Assembly (NCBI GenBank): GCA_029856435.1
Contig: JAHQXB010000073.1
Location: 1-36,210, forward strand
Direction of reading: 5' to 3'
Length of the DNA: 36,210 nucleotides
Source of the DNA: Candidatus Jordarchaeia archaeon
GTDB taxonomy: Archaea; Asgardarchaeota; Jordiarchaeia; Jordiarchaeales; Jordiarchaeaceae
Shown here: positions 1 through 8,927 of the stretch, piece after piece
Layout: the number at the start of each line of letters is the position of its first letter
How positions within the stretch are numbered: position 1 is the first letter of the stretch
Position numbers and translations under genes: made by a program
The notes under the pieces: generated by a model
Database searches by the model: none
Told to the model about the DNA's origin: nothing
What the model saw: the letters and a program-made list of their open reading frames with translations, nothing else

Positions 1-238
1 TTAGTTATATTGGTCTCCGTGAAAAAGAGGGCAAAAAACGCTTTTTTTGGGGAAAAGAAGACTTCATTAACCGTTTATGCCCGGGACACCAAATGACAAA
101 AAACTTTTCAAAATTATTACCCGGCCCCTCATTCCTCCGAGCATCCACCGGAGGATGTCCGGGAGGGGGGAGAGTGCTCAGCCGCTCCACGTCGCTCCGG
201 CTGACGTCCCCCACCCTCTCCACCACGAGGTGGTAGCC

Positions 239-426
239 CTCCAGGCGATAGATTCGCAAAATCTCGTGTTTTTGGGCCTTTTTTTGGCGCTTCTCAAAAC
301 TGTTTCTCACCACTTAAAAGGTAGAAATATTAAAAATTGAGGAAAAACACCGATAAAACCATAAATTATCAGGGAACATAACGGCAAAAAACCATAGCAA
401 AGATCCTGCGAATCTATCGCCGGGAG
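239..426. repeat. 26-bp imperfect inverted repeat (arms 239-264 and 401-426)
   Basis: CTCCAGGCGATAGATTCGCAAAATCT matches the reverse complement of AGATCCTGCGAATCTATCGCCGGGAG at 23/26 positions. Confidence 0.85.
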
Positions 427-606
427 AACGCCCCTTCAAGGTCGTGACGACAATTTGCTATACGGGCTCCAACGCCCAATTTATCTAGCCGTCAAGGAGG
501 GACGAAGACCAGTTTACCATCATAAGGGGATCAAAAGCCCCGAAGTAGAAACGGTCTTTCACCGGCGCCCACAACATCACAATAAGACAACGGGACAAGA
601 AAAGAT

Positions 607-758
607 TTTTCATCCTTTATCTAAAAAGCGAAGCTTATGTGGGTTTGCTATGAAAAACTCTAGGTTTTCATCCTTTATCTAAAAAGCGAAGCTTATGTGG
701 GTTTGCTATGAAAAACATTTTTCATGTTTTGTCTGAGAAGCAGAGCTTATGTAGGTTT
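607..758. repeat. Tandem direct repeat: two identical 52-bp copies (607-658, 665-716) plus a degenerate third (~719-758)
   Basis: TTTTCATCCTTTATCTAAAAAGCGAAGCTTATGTGGGTTTGCTATGAAAAAC occurs twice with a 58-bp period. The third copy keeps TTTTCAT...AGCTTATGT.GGTTT. Confidence 0.9.
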
Positions 759-1042
759 TTGACATGTGGACTATGGTGACTAAAATCTATTTGTAGGGAG
801 ATATGTATTTAGCTGTTGTGATTGGGTAACGGATACTGGGGTTCTAAACCTCGAAGGAAGGCTTTTCTGGCTAATGCTTCCCACCCGGAAAAGAAGCCAA
901 AATAGCCCTCCCTTCAGAAAAAGGAAGCATATAATACCAGATTGGCTCCCAAGAGCTAGACACCTATGTAGGGAGATTTATTTTTGTTTCACGATCTCCC
1001 GAAACTTTATATAAATCAAATGTGGGGGGAATCGAAATGTTT

Positions 1043-1351
1043 TCAGCTTTTGGTTAAGGGCTCTATGCGAAAAATCGATTTGCCCTTGTACCGGATGCAT
1101 CTGACTATGGCGTCTTCGCCGAATCTTCTCATCAGAATAGACAATTTTTTTGAGCAGACAAAAACTGTTTCTCCTTTGCTTAACTTTTCAAGTGCGCCCA
1201 AGATGTCATCGCTGTGGTTAACAAGTTCATCATCTTTGGGAAACATATGCGGCGGTTTTTTTCTAATTTCCCTTTCTTCCACTGCCATTATTACAGCCTT
1301 CCGTTGCTTTATTACCCCCAACCGTTGTTTGACTAAATGACTTTGCCCCAA
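1043..1351 (-). CDS. Small hypothetical protein (start may be the ATG at 1288, MAVEERE..., 81 aa)
   Basis: ORF with a charged, globular-looking composition and duplicated BRE/TATA-like boxes directly upstream. No recognised motif. Confidence 0.5.
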   Translation of the reverse strand: MGQSHLVKQRLGVIKQRKAVIMAVEEREIRKKPPHMFPKDDELVNHSDDILGALEKLSKGETVFVCSKKLSILMRRFGEDAIVRCIRYKGKSIFRIEPLTKS

Positions 1352-1356
1352 TCTTT

Positions 1357-1452
1357 GACGTTACGTAATATATATTGTTTTCTTACTGAATATTCGAGAC
1401 CCAACCCAACCGTCCACGTCAAGACGTTACGTAATATATATTGTTTTCTTAC
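1357..1452 (-). promoter_or_regulatory. Two identical 30-bp direct repeats (1357-1386, 1423-1452) separated by 36 bp; probably a duplicated BRE/TATA promoter with a palindromic operator
   Basis: GACGTTACGTAATATATATTGTTTTCTTAC x2. On the minus strand it reads AAGAAAAC-AATATATATT (BRE/TATA-like) followed by the palindrome TTACGTAA. The repeat is certain; the function is inferred. Confidence 0.6.
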
Positions 1453-1600
1453 CCATTTAAATTTATTTTTACATTAATGTTTTAAAAAAGTAGGATAAAA
1501 TGCATTAAAATATTTTTGGAGCTTGCAATTAATGAACGCAGGATGAAGAATTAAATTTTGTTGGGTTAATAGAAGTTAATTGCCCATTATTTATGGAGTT

Positions 1601-1996
1601 TCACTTTTTCGGAGGAGCAAATTTTAGAATAATCCTTTTGTTCTCTTCTAATATTTCTTGGGGGGAGAGCTGTGCTAATCTTGCCTGCAGCTTGGAGTAC
1701 TCCTCAGCCGCTTTTTCAAATATGGGATTAGGGTTGTGAAGTTCATGCACCTTGTGTTTCCTCATCTCTATTCCCACATAAACGTTCTCCCTTATTTCAT
1801 CATCAGTTATCCCCAGATTTTTTTGCTCCTTTACCAACTCCTCCAAAAAGTGAAATATACCTGAACGCACCAGTAAAAGGAGACGCTTCTTCCGCCTTTC
1901 GGGCGTTTCCACAAATTCTCCAACTTCTCCCTTACTCTCAAACTTCTTAGGCCTCAACATGAAATCCATGGGGAACTCTTGCTTATCTTTACTCAT
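1601..1996 (-). CDS. Hypothetical protein, 131 aa
   Basis: ATG start, helical and charged composition, co-oriented downstream of the dehydrogenase. Confidence 0.7.
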   Translation of the reverse strand: MSKDKQEFPMDFMLRPKKFESKGEVGEFVETPERRKKRLLLLVRSGIFHFLEELVKEQKNLGITDDEIRENVYVGIEMRKHKVHELHNPNPIFEKAAEEYSKLQARLAQLSPQEILEENKRIILKFAPPKK

Positions 1997-2123
1997 TGAA
2001 ACTAAATCTCCAACAAATCTTTCTACAGTTGATTTTGAACGTCTCCTTTTATTTATGTTTCGGAAGGTTACTTAAGCATCACAGGTATCAACAATTAGGT
2101 TCTTGTGCGTCTTGAAAAAAGGC

Positions 2124-3224
2124 TTAGTCATATCTGAAGGCTATTTTTGTTGATTCATACTTTTTCTTATTGATCTGTGCCTCAAAGGCTTCTCTCCACT
2201 CTTCTAACCTATAGGTCTTCGTAAGCAGTAGTCTGTTGTTAACCTTGCCCCTCCTCAATAGGTCTAACGCCACTTCTGTAGAAGTTCTGGCTACTTGCGG
2301 CTCGTTAGCATAATACCAGGTGCCATGTAGCTTAAGTTCCTTAGCACTAAACATAACGAAGTCAATTCTCGCTTGCCCCATCACCCCTACGAATATAATA
2401 TCTCCTCCCTGCCTCGTCACTGCAATAGCATCCTGAAGCGTTTGTTCGCTTCCCACAGCTTCGTAGCATTGATCTACTCCTTCACCGGTTTCCAGCGCTA
2501 TCTCCAAAACTGGAATCTGGTTTCTCTCCAAGCAGTACACCCTATCTGCACCTAGCCTCTCCGCCAACCTAGCCTGAAAATCATACTTACTTATCACAAA
2601 AATTTCCCTTGCCCCCATTACTTTGCAAACTTGAAGAAGCTGCAATCCAATAGCTCCAGCTCCAATAATGGCCACCCTTTTTCCCGAAGGATTGCCAATG
2701 AGGCAGGAATGAACCGCTACACTGAGAGGCTCTGTCAGAACAGCCTCCTCGTCGGTTATACTACTAGGAACTTTGTAAATCTTTGACTTATGAGCTAAGA
2801 AGTATTCTGCAAACCCTCCACCGTTTGCTTGACTTGCTCCCACACCGCTGCCCGCCTTAGCAATATTCAAGCAGAGATTATACCGGCCAATTTGGCACAT
2901 CTTACAGGGAGCCACACCCAGCTCGGCACAGCCCCCTAATCCCTCACAAACTACTCTATCCCCAACTTCAAAGTCAACCACATCCTCCCCAACTTCACTT
3001 ATGACTCCCAAAGCTTCATGGCCAAGAATTGTTGGCTTCACCAGAAAATCTGCAAGGAGCGGCATTCTTCCACTTATAACCCCAATATCCGAGCCACATA
3101 TGCCACACAGTTTGGTTTCAATACAAACCCAGTTCCTTTTAGGCACTGGTTTTTCAACATCTTCTAAGTGAAACCCCTCAGGGAATGCTCCACCATCCCA
3201 AAGAAGCGCTTTCAATAATTCCAC
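2124..3224 (-). CDS. Zn-dependent medium-chain dehydrogenase (threonine/sorbitol dehydrogenase-like)
   Basis: CGICGSD and GHE catalytic-Zn motifs, structural Zn cluster C-x6-C-x2-C-x7-C (CAELGVAPCKMCQIGRYNLC), EPLSVAVH, Rossmann GAGAIG. Confidence 0.95.
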   Translation of the reverse strand: MELLKALLWDGGAFPEGFHLEDVEKPVPKRNWVCIETKLCGICGSDIGVISGRMPLLADFLVKPTILGHEALGVISEVGEDVVDFEVGDRVVCEGLGGCAELGVAPCKMCQIGRYNLCLNIAKAGSGVGASQANGGGFAEYFLAHKSKIYKVPSSITDEEAVLTEPLSVAVHSCLIGNPSGKRVAIIGAGAIGLQLLQVCKVMGAREIFVISKYDFQARLAERLGADRVYCLERNQIPVLEIALETGEGVDQCYEAVGSEQTLQDAIAVTRQGGDIIFVGVMGQARIDFVMFSAKELKLHGTWYYANEPQVARTSTEVALDLLRRGKVNNRLLLTKTYRLEEWREAFEAQINKKKYESTKIAFRYD

Positions 3225-3555
3225 CTCATCCGTCTATGAAAAACTAATTAAAAGTATTGTACCCACAAACGCCATTATAATTTTTTTGGGCGAACCACCA
3301 AAAGTGTGAGCTACATATTTTCGTTCGTGGACTGATAAAATTAACTATGAAAAACCAGTTTTACAAACGAGTTTAATTCACGAATCCTATTTATGAGAAA
3401 TGGAAAAAAAATATTAATTTTCCAAATTATATCATTGATTAGATACGCTCTAGTTCCTATTGTTGCTCCTTGAATAGAATCAGGGGTATTCACATCACCA
3501 TTTGGGATTGTAAACAGCGACTGGTGGACAGGAGAGGTGCATACGTTTACTAGGA

Positions 3556-4812
3556 GTGGTTATTATGGATTTAATTACTTCTGGAATTAGTGAGTTGGAC
3601 ACTCTTTTAGGAGGGGGCTTCTACAGAAATGCCCCTATCCTGTTTTTAACTGAAACTGGTTCTATGGCTGAAGCTTTAGCCCTTCAAATTCTTTACTACC
3701 GTTTGTGTCATGGGGACTTCGGCTTTGTCTTCGATCTAGACTTGCCCCCCGAGAGGATAAGAGAGTGGTTTGATTGGTTTAGGTGGAATTATGAGCAATA
3801 CGAGAAAAAAGATCTTTTCCTACTAATAGATGGTTTCACAAAAATGTTTGGAGACATTGAATCAAAGGAGAAAGTGCTGATTAGTGAACCAAGAGACCCT
3901 ATTCATATTGAGGCCTTCTTTCTAAAGCTTCTAACTAAAATTGAAAAATTCAAAAACCAAATTTTTAGCGTCTTCTTTTTTTCAAACGTTTTTCTGGCCA
4001 AGGCTGAAGTACAAAAAATAATAAACCTGATTTACAAGCAAAGAATGTACATATCTCAGTATGGATCCGCTATTTATGTTTTTAACAAGGGAATGCTGGA
4101 AACCAAAACCATAAACACTTTAGAACATATTTTCGATTTCGTAATAGATTTCAAAATAGAACAAATAAACGGAAGATTCCAGAAATACCTCCGAGTAAAA
4201 AAGTCGCCGCTTCCCCGCCACGTAGATGCCTATGCGCCATACGAAAAAACACCCGAAAAAATCGTTATAAGAACAGGTCTAATCGAAGATTTTGAGTCCT
4301 TCAAGCAGCAATTAAAAATGGTTAAGCAAGGCTATGTTGACTTGATGGGCAACAGAATCGTTTTTCTAGGTGGAGATTATCTCTCTTGGATGCTTAAGAA
4401 CCTATTCAAAGTTTATGGTTACGAAAACGTTTACCCTTTAATCTACTCTCTGGAAAAGGAGAGGGGGTCCTCATTCTTTTACCCCTTAGTGAAAGAATTC
4501 AAACTCTCTGACCTAAAAGAGGTCATCACCTACTATTTTAAGATCTTGGTTCTCCGAGGACTTGGAAACTTTGAAATTGTGGAATTTAACCCTGATGAAG
4601 GATTTTTCAGATTCAGAGTCCTTGACGATCCAATTTGCAGCCAACTCAAAGACTTGGGTAAACCCGCCGGTGTCATAATAGCGGGCACTATAGCCGGCAT
4701 CGTGGAAAAATACACCGGAAGAGAATATGACGCCCAAGAAGTGAAATGTTTGGCTAAAGGTGACGAATACTGCGAATACATAGTCAGACCCGCGAGAAAG
4801 CTGGGAACATAA
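3556..4812 (+). CDS. KaiC/RAD55-like domain with a degenerate P-loop fused to a C-terminal V4R domain
   Basis: N-terminal TSGISELDTLLGGG of KaiC/RecA type, Walker A position reads TETGSMAE, C-terminus EVKCLAKGDEYCEYIV is typical of V4R. Confidence 0.85.
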   Translation: MVIMDLITSGISELDTLLGGGFYRNAPILFLTETGSMAEALALQILYYRLCHGDFGFVFDLDLPPERIREWFDWFRWNYEQYEKKDLFLLIDGFTKMFGDIESKEKVLISEPRDPIHIEAFFLKLLTKIEKFKNQIFSVFFFSNVFLAKAEVQKIINLIYKQRMYISQYGSAIYVFNKGMLETKTINTLEHIFDFVIDFKIEQINGRFQKYLRVKKSPLPRHVDAYAPYEKTPEKIVIRTGLIEDFESFKQQLKMVKQGYVDLMGNRIVFLGGDYLSWMLKNLFKVYGYENVYPLIYSLEKERGSSFFYPLVKEFKLSDLKEVITYYFKILVLRGLGNFEIVEFNPDEGFFRFRVLDDPICSQLKDLGKPAGVIIAGTIAGIVEKYTGREYDAQEVKCLAKGDEYCEYIVRPARKLGT

Positions 4813-4840
4813 ACAATTTTTTTGTGTGAACCTCGCAAAC

Positions 4841-5779
4841 TTAGGAAACCAAGTATATGGAAGCCCCTATCAGTATTCCGCCCGATAGGGTGTAGAGCGT
4901 CGGAATCTCTCCGAGGAACAAGAAGGCCAAGATAACCGCAAAAACAGTCTGCAAAATCAAATATATTGCTGAAGCAGAAGCCGTCACCCTTTTTAGCCCC
5001 TCAAAGTACAGGAAATAGGCCAGAGTGGTACACATAAATCCCATGTATAGAATTCCAATAATTGCAGGGACTGTTGCAACATCCAGTATCGAAGAGAAGT
5101 CGGTAAGTCCATAGGCTAGTGCTGGAGGCAAGGAAAACATCATAGTAAGAATGGTCACTGCATATGTAAGCTCCATTGAGTTCACTTCAAAATATTTTTC
5201 AGACTTGTTCTCCAAAACAAACTTTGAAGCAACTATGTAAACCGCCCACAGAATTCCGGAAACCAGTATCAATAAGTTGCCCAGAAGCTGGCCTCCCTGC
5301 AAGTTTGAAGGATCTCCATTTATGGCGATGAGAAGCACACCCAAAACACTCGCGGTTAAGGCCATGGTTTTCCGCTTATCCATCTGTTCCCCTAGGAAAA
5401 GATACGCCAAAAGCGCCACAAAGACCACTTGGACATTAGTTAATATAGCTGCCATTCCCGCAGTAGTATACTCTATTCCCACAAATTCGCAGAAAAACGC
5501 TAAAGTATTAATTAGACCCACCAAAACTACTCTCTTATCTAGCAAGTAATGTGCGAGTTCTCTGGATCTTACAAATCTCATAATGGGCAAGGTTACGATT
5601 GTGGCTATGAGGAATCGGAAAAATAGATAAACGAATGGATTGAGGAATTCCACTCCCCACTTAATAAATACAAATGAAGAGCCCCAAATGGTGCTGGCGA
5701 CGATGACGAAGAGTTGGCCTCTTCTTAAGGTGTTTGCTTTGACGAGTTGGTGTCCTACTTCCACAGGAATGGCTTTCAA
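4841..5779 (-). CDS. EamA/DMT family transporter
   Basis: About 10 hydrophobic segments, IWGSSF, FFRF, YTTAG, GLKRVTASASAIY, LGE. SD-like GGAGG before the TTG start. Confidence 0.93.
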   Translation of the reverse strand: MKAIPVEVGHQLVKANTLRRGQLFVIVASTIWGSSFVFIKWGVEFLNPFVYLFFRFLIATIVTLPIMRFVRSRELAHYLLDKRVVLVGLINTLAFFCEFVGIEYTTAGMAAILTNVQVVFVALLAYLFLGEQMDKRKTMALTASVLGVLLIAINGDPSNLQGGQLLGNLLILVSGILWAVYIVASKFVLENKSEKYFEVNSMELTYAVTILTMMFSLPPALAYGLTDFSSILDVATVPAIIGILYMGFMCTTLAYFLYFEGLKRVTASASAIYLILQTVFAVILAFLFLGEIPTLYTLSGGILIGASIYLVS

Positions 5780-6047
5780 GGTTTAACCCTCCTTCACTTA
5801 ACATCTCTGAATTCACTCCGGCAATATGACGTCGCCAATTTGCTGTATAAGATAATTAGAAAATATAAATGTTTCGCCTTAAAAAATAAGAAAAAAAGAG
5901 TAAATTTTATTAAAAAATTAGACAACATATATAGATTAAAAAGTTAGAAGCAACACGCATAAAAAGACTCAAATGTTGAAATACATTCTATCTCTACAGT
6001 TTTTAACTGATAAACCCCAATTTTTATGAAAAAACCATAGCATAAAT

Positions 6048-7064
6048 TCAAGAAACCAAGTAAATAGAAACCCCTATCAAAGCACCGCCTATAAGGGTGT
6101 GAATTGTGGGCACCTCCCCAAGGAGCAAAAATCCCAAGCCCACCGCAAAAATAATCTGTAAAAGTAGGTACAGACCAGAAACAGAGGCACTAATACGCTT
6201 CAACCCCTCAAAGTACAAGAAATAGGCCAGAGTGGTACACACAAACCCCATATACAAAATTCCCATAAGAGCGGGAACCGTGGCCACCTGAGACATCAGA
6301 GAAAAATCCTCAAATCCATAAATTAGAACAGGGAACAGGGAGAAAACCGTCGTCATCAAGGTAACCGCATAGGTGAGATTCATAGAATTCACCTCGCCAT
6401 GCCTACGCGACTTGTTATCCACAATAACCTTCATAACCACTATGTAAACCGCCCACAGAGCCCCCGAAACTAGTATCAAAAAGTTTCCCAGAAACTCTCC
6501 CCCCTGCAGATTTGCAATGTCCCCATTCACTGCTATCAAAAAAACTCCCAAAACACTCAAAGTCAAAGCAACAATTTTCCTCCTCCCCATATCCTCGCCC
6601 AGAAAGAAGTAAGCCAAAAAGGCAATAATAACCACATTCACATTCGTCAACAATGCAGAAATTCCCGCAGTAGTATACTCCATACCCACAAACTCACAGA
6701 AAAACGCTAAAGTATTAATCAAACCCACAAAAACCACCCTCCTATCAAAAAGCAGCTCTCTAAGTCCACCAGCACCCACCCACCTAAGAAAAGGCAAAGT
6801 AACCACAGAAGCCACCACAAAACGGAAAAACAAATACACAAACGGGTTAAGAAAATCCACGCCCCACCTAATAACAACGAAAGACGAACCCCAAGCCATA
6901 CTAGTCAGAAAAACAAAAATCTGCCCCTTCCTTAAATCACTAACATCAACCCACCGACGAACAAATCTATTCTCAACAGATGCCACAAACAACACCAAAC
7001 CTTCAAAGACACCAATAGTACCGCGAATGAATACACTAACATACAGCCAGCAATGAATTTCCAA
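6048..7064 (-). CDS. EamA/DMT family transporter, tandem paralogue (true start probably near 6995)
   Basis: Long blocks shared with 4841-5779 (FLNPFVYLFFRF, GLINTLAFFCEFVG, LAYFLYFEGLKR). Confidence 0.92.
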   Translation of the reverse strand: MEIHCWLYVSVFIRGTIGVFEGLVLFVASVENRFVRRWVDVSDLRKGQIFVFLTSMAWGSSFVVIRWGVDFLNPFVYLFFRFVVASVVTLPFLRWVGAGGLRELLFDRRVVFVGLINTLAFFCEFVGMEYTTAGISALLTNVNVVIIAFLAYFFLGEDMGRRKIVALTLSVLGVFLIAVNGDIANLQGGEFLGNFLILVSGALWAVYIVVMKVIVDNKSRRHGEVNSMNLTYAVTLMTTVFSLFPVLIYGFEDFSLMSQVATVPALMGILYMGFVCTTLAYFLYFEGLKRISASVSGLYLLLQIIFAVGLGFLLLGEVPTIHTLIGGALIGVSIYLVS

Positions 7065-7219
7065 TAATATCCTTATGAAATATAAGTGTTTTGCATTAAA
7101 AAATTAAAAAATGCCTAAAACCTAAAAAAGTAGACTCATCTAGGAAAACCATTACCGAACCACAAAATCCAAATCCCAAAAAGGCAACCACAAAAATAAA
7201 AAATTTCATTTAACGCCTT

Positions 7220-7702
7220 TCAATAAAAAACGTACTTCACTTCACCAGTAAGATATCTCAAAACAACTACGCTCAACACGATAAAAATAAAGCCAGCCCC
7301 TAGCATTAAGGAAGCAAAAAACCTCCCCGTAACACCCAAAACCAAAAGAGCTGAAACGCTAAACAACTCCACCGAAAAAACATCTAAAAACCCCAAAACC
7401 AATAAACCCAAACCCACCAAGAAAACTCCAAAACCAATAAACACCACGCAAAACCCAATAGTTAAAAGATACGCCCACCGCCTAACTCCCCAGAAACCCA
7501 AACCCACCACCAAACCCAAAACCCCAAAAGAAACAAAAAACAAAGGCAACCAGTATAACTGAGGAACACCAGGAAAGGGCGCAAACAAATTATAAGAAGG
7601 GGCAAAAAGTCTATAGAAATAATAGCCCAAAACTAAAAAAACCAAAGAAGCCAACAGAATAGTAACCGACAAAATTTGAACACCCAAAGGTTTACGCGAC
7701 AT
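7220..7702 (-). CDS. Small multi-pass membrane protein
   Basis: About four hydrophobic segments; begins RKPLGVQILS. ATG at 7702 preferred over the ORF-track start at 7729. Confidence 0.7.
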   Translation of the reverse strand: MSRKPLGVQILSVTILLASLVFLVLGYYFYRLFAPSYNLFAPFPGVPQLYWLPLFFVSFGVLGLVVGLGFWGVRRWAYLLTIGFCVVFIGFGVFLVGLGLLVLGFLDVFSVELFSVSALLVLGVTGRFFASLMLGAGFIFIVLSVVVLRYLTGEVKYVFY

Positions 7703-7938
7703 AAAAACCACCAACCAACACACAAACAAAATAATATAAGAAACTTATAGACCTATCGGTAAACAAATAACAAAACGAATCAAAATCAATCCCAAAAAGC
7801 TGCAAAACGTGCAAGAAACCTATGTTTACAGGCAAACACAAACAGTTAAACGGCAAAAACTTTTCCAATAAATGTGAGCAAAAAATAAAAATAGCCAAAC
7901 AGAGATTCTATTATTAGACTCAGACCGGAGGAAAGCAA

Positions 7939-8475
7939 ATGAAAAGCCTAGGATTCGTTTTCAAAATAGTCGTAGTGGGCGACGGAGCAGTAGGAAAAAC
8001 CTCCTTAATCAAACAGTGGACCGAAGGTTCATTCAGAACAGACTACATCATGACGATTGGTTCAAACTTTGCTGTTAAGAGCTTGGTTATTGATGATAAG
8101 CCTGTTAAGTTGCAGATTTGGGATTTGGCGGGTCAGCCGCATTTTAGTGACGTTCGGGTTTTGTTTTATAAGGGTGCTATGGGCGCAATGTATGTTTACG
8201 ACGTGAGCCGTGTTGATAGTTATGATAGTGTTCTTAATTGGGATAGAGAGTTGACTAATATTTGTGGCCAGATCCCAAAGGTTTTGCTTGCGAATAAGGT
8301 GGATTTAAACGATCAGCGTAAGGTTAGTTCTGAGATGGGTAGCGTTTTGGCAGCCAAGTTGGGCGATGCTCCGTATTTTGAAACTAGTGCGAAGTCTGGT
8401 GTTGGTGTGAATGAGGCTTTTGAGAAAATTGCCCAGCTTGTGTACGAGTTGGCTAAGAAGAGGCAGCCTGCCTAA
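7939..8475 (+). CDS. Rab/Ras-like small GTPase
   Basis: G1 GDGAVGKT, switch I TIGSNF, G3 WDLAGQ, G4 NKVD, G5 ETSAK. No C-terminal Cys prenylation motif. Confidence 0.96.
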   Translation: MKSLGFVFKIVVVGDGAVGKTSLIKQWTEGSFRTDYIMTIGSNFAVKSLVIDDKPVKLQIWDLAGQPHFSDVRVLFYKGAMGAMYVYDVSRVDSYDSVLNWDRELTNICGQIPKVLLANKVDLNDQRKVSSEMGSVLAAKLGDAPYFETSAKSGVGVNEAFEKIAQLVYELAKKRQPA

Positions 8476-8587
8476 AATTGTGATTTTTTGAAGCCCTTTT
8501 TTGGTTTGACTGTTTCTATATTTGTTTTTTGTTAAGCTGTTGTGTTTGGGATTTTTTGTGGCATCTTATGCCCTCGAATGCTAGGGG

Positions 8588-8900
8588 TGTTAAAACTGCT
8601 TCTATTTTGGAATAAAGCTTGTTAACCTGAGAAATTTCCAACTGTTAACATTAAAGAAAAACCATTAAACCCATCATTCTTCAAAAACAACCACACATAC
8701 ATGTGCCGTGCAGCCGACTCCAGCCCGGAATGCGGAAGGCTCGAAAAAGCCAATGAGGGCAGGGCCACAACTGGAAACATTCCCCACCGAAAGCAAGAGG
8801 GATGTGCCATTTCAACCGTTTCCCTAGCGAAAACCTTCCCGTGAAATTTAAGGGAGGAAGAACCAAAGTTAGGCAAGGTTAACGCTGGGTCAGAACGGTT
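8588..8900 (+). repeat. Copy 1 of a ~310-bp dispersed element (inverted relative to 32956-33265); candidate promoter plus structured ncRNA
   Basis: Alignable end to end with the reverse complement of 32956-33265. The block 8636-8702 is identical at 65/67 positions; the GC-rich 3' part is more diverged but keeps its stems. Confidence 0.92.
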
Positions 8901-8927
8901 CCTCTGTTTCGTTTGAGAGCGTTGCAT

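Noticed and set aside
5-682. ORFs 5-313, 77-340 and 455-682 as genes
   Set aside because: Mutually overlapping, no recognisable motif, and they run through repeat sequence at the window edge.
1357-1452. Annotating it as a CRISPR array
   Set aside because: Only two repeats, an atypical repeat end, no cas genes, and promoter-like content. Kept as a finding, not called as a CRISPR feature.
8700-8900. SRP RNA, RNase P RNA, 5S rRNA or cobalamin riboswitch
   Set aside because: Only short look-alike words (CCCGGAA, GGAAGGUUCG, CAGAACGG). The SRP GGAA-GG-AGCA helix, RNase P P4 pairing and B12 box could not be assembled by eye. Left unassigned pending an Rfam search.
8622-8927. ORF 8622-8927 (-) and its counterpart 32971-33192 (+) as a duplicated protein gene
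   Set aside because: The shared peptides (SCFRW, GLESAAR) are interrupted by frame-changing indels between the copies. The conservation pattern fits DNA/RNA structure, not protein.
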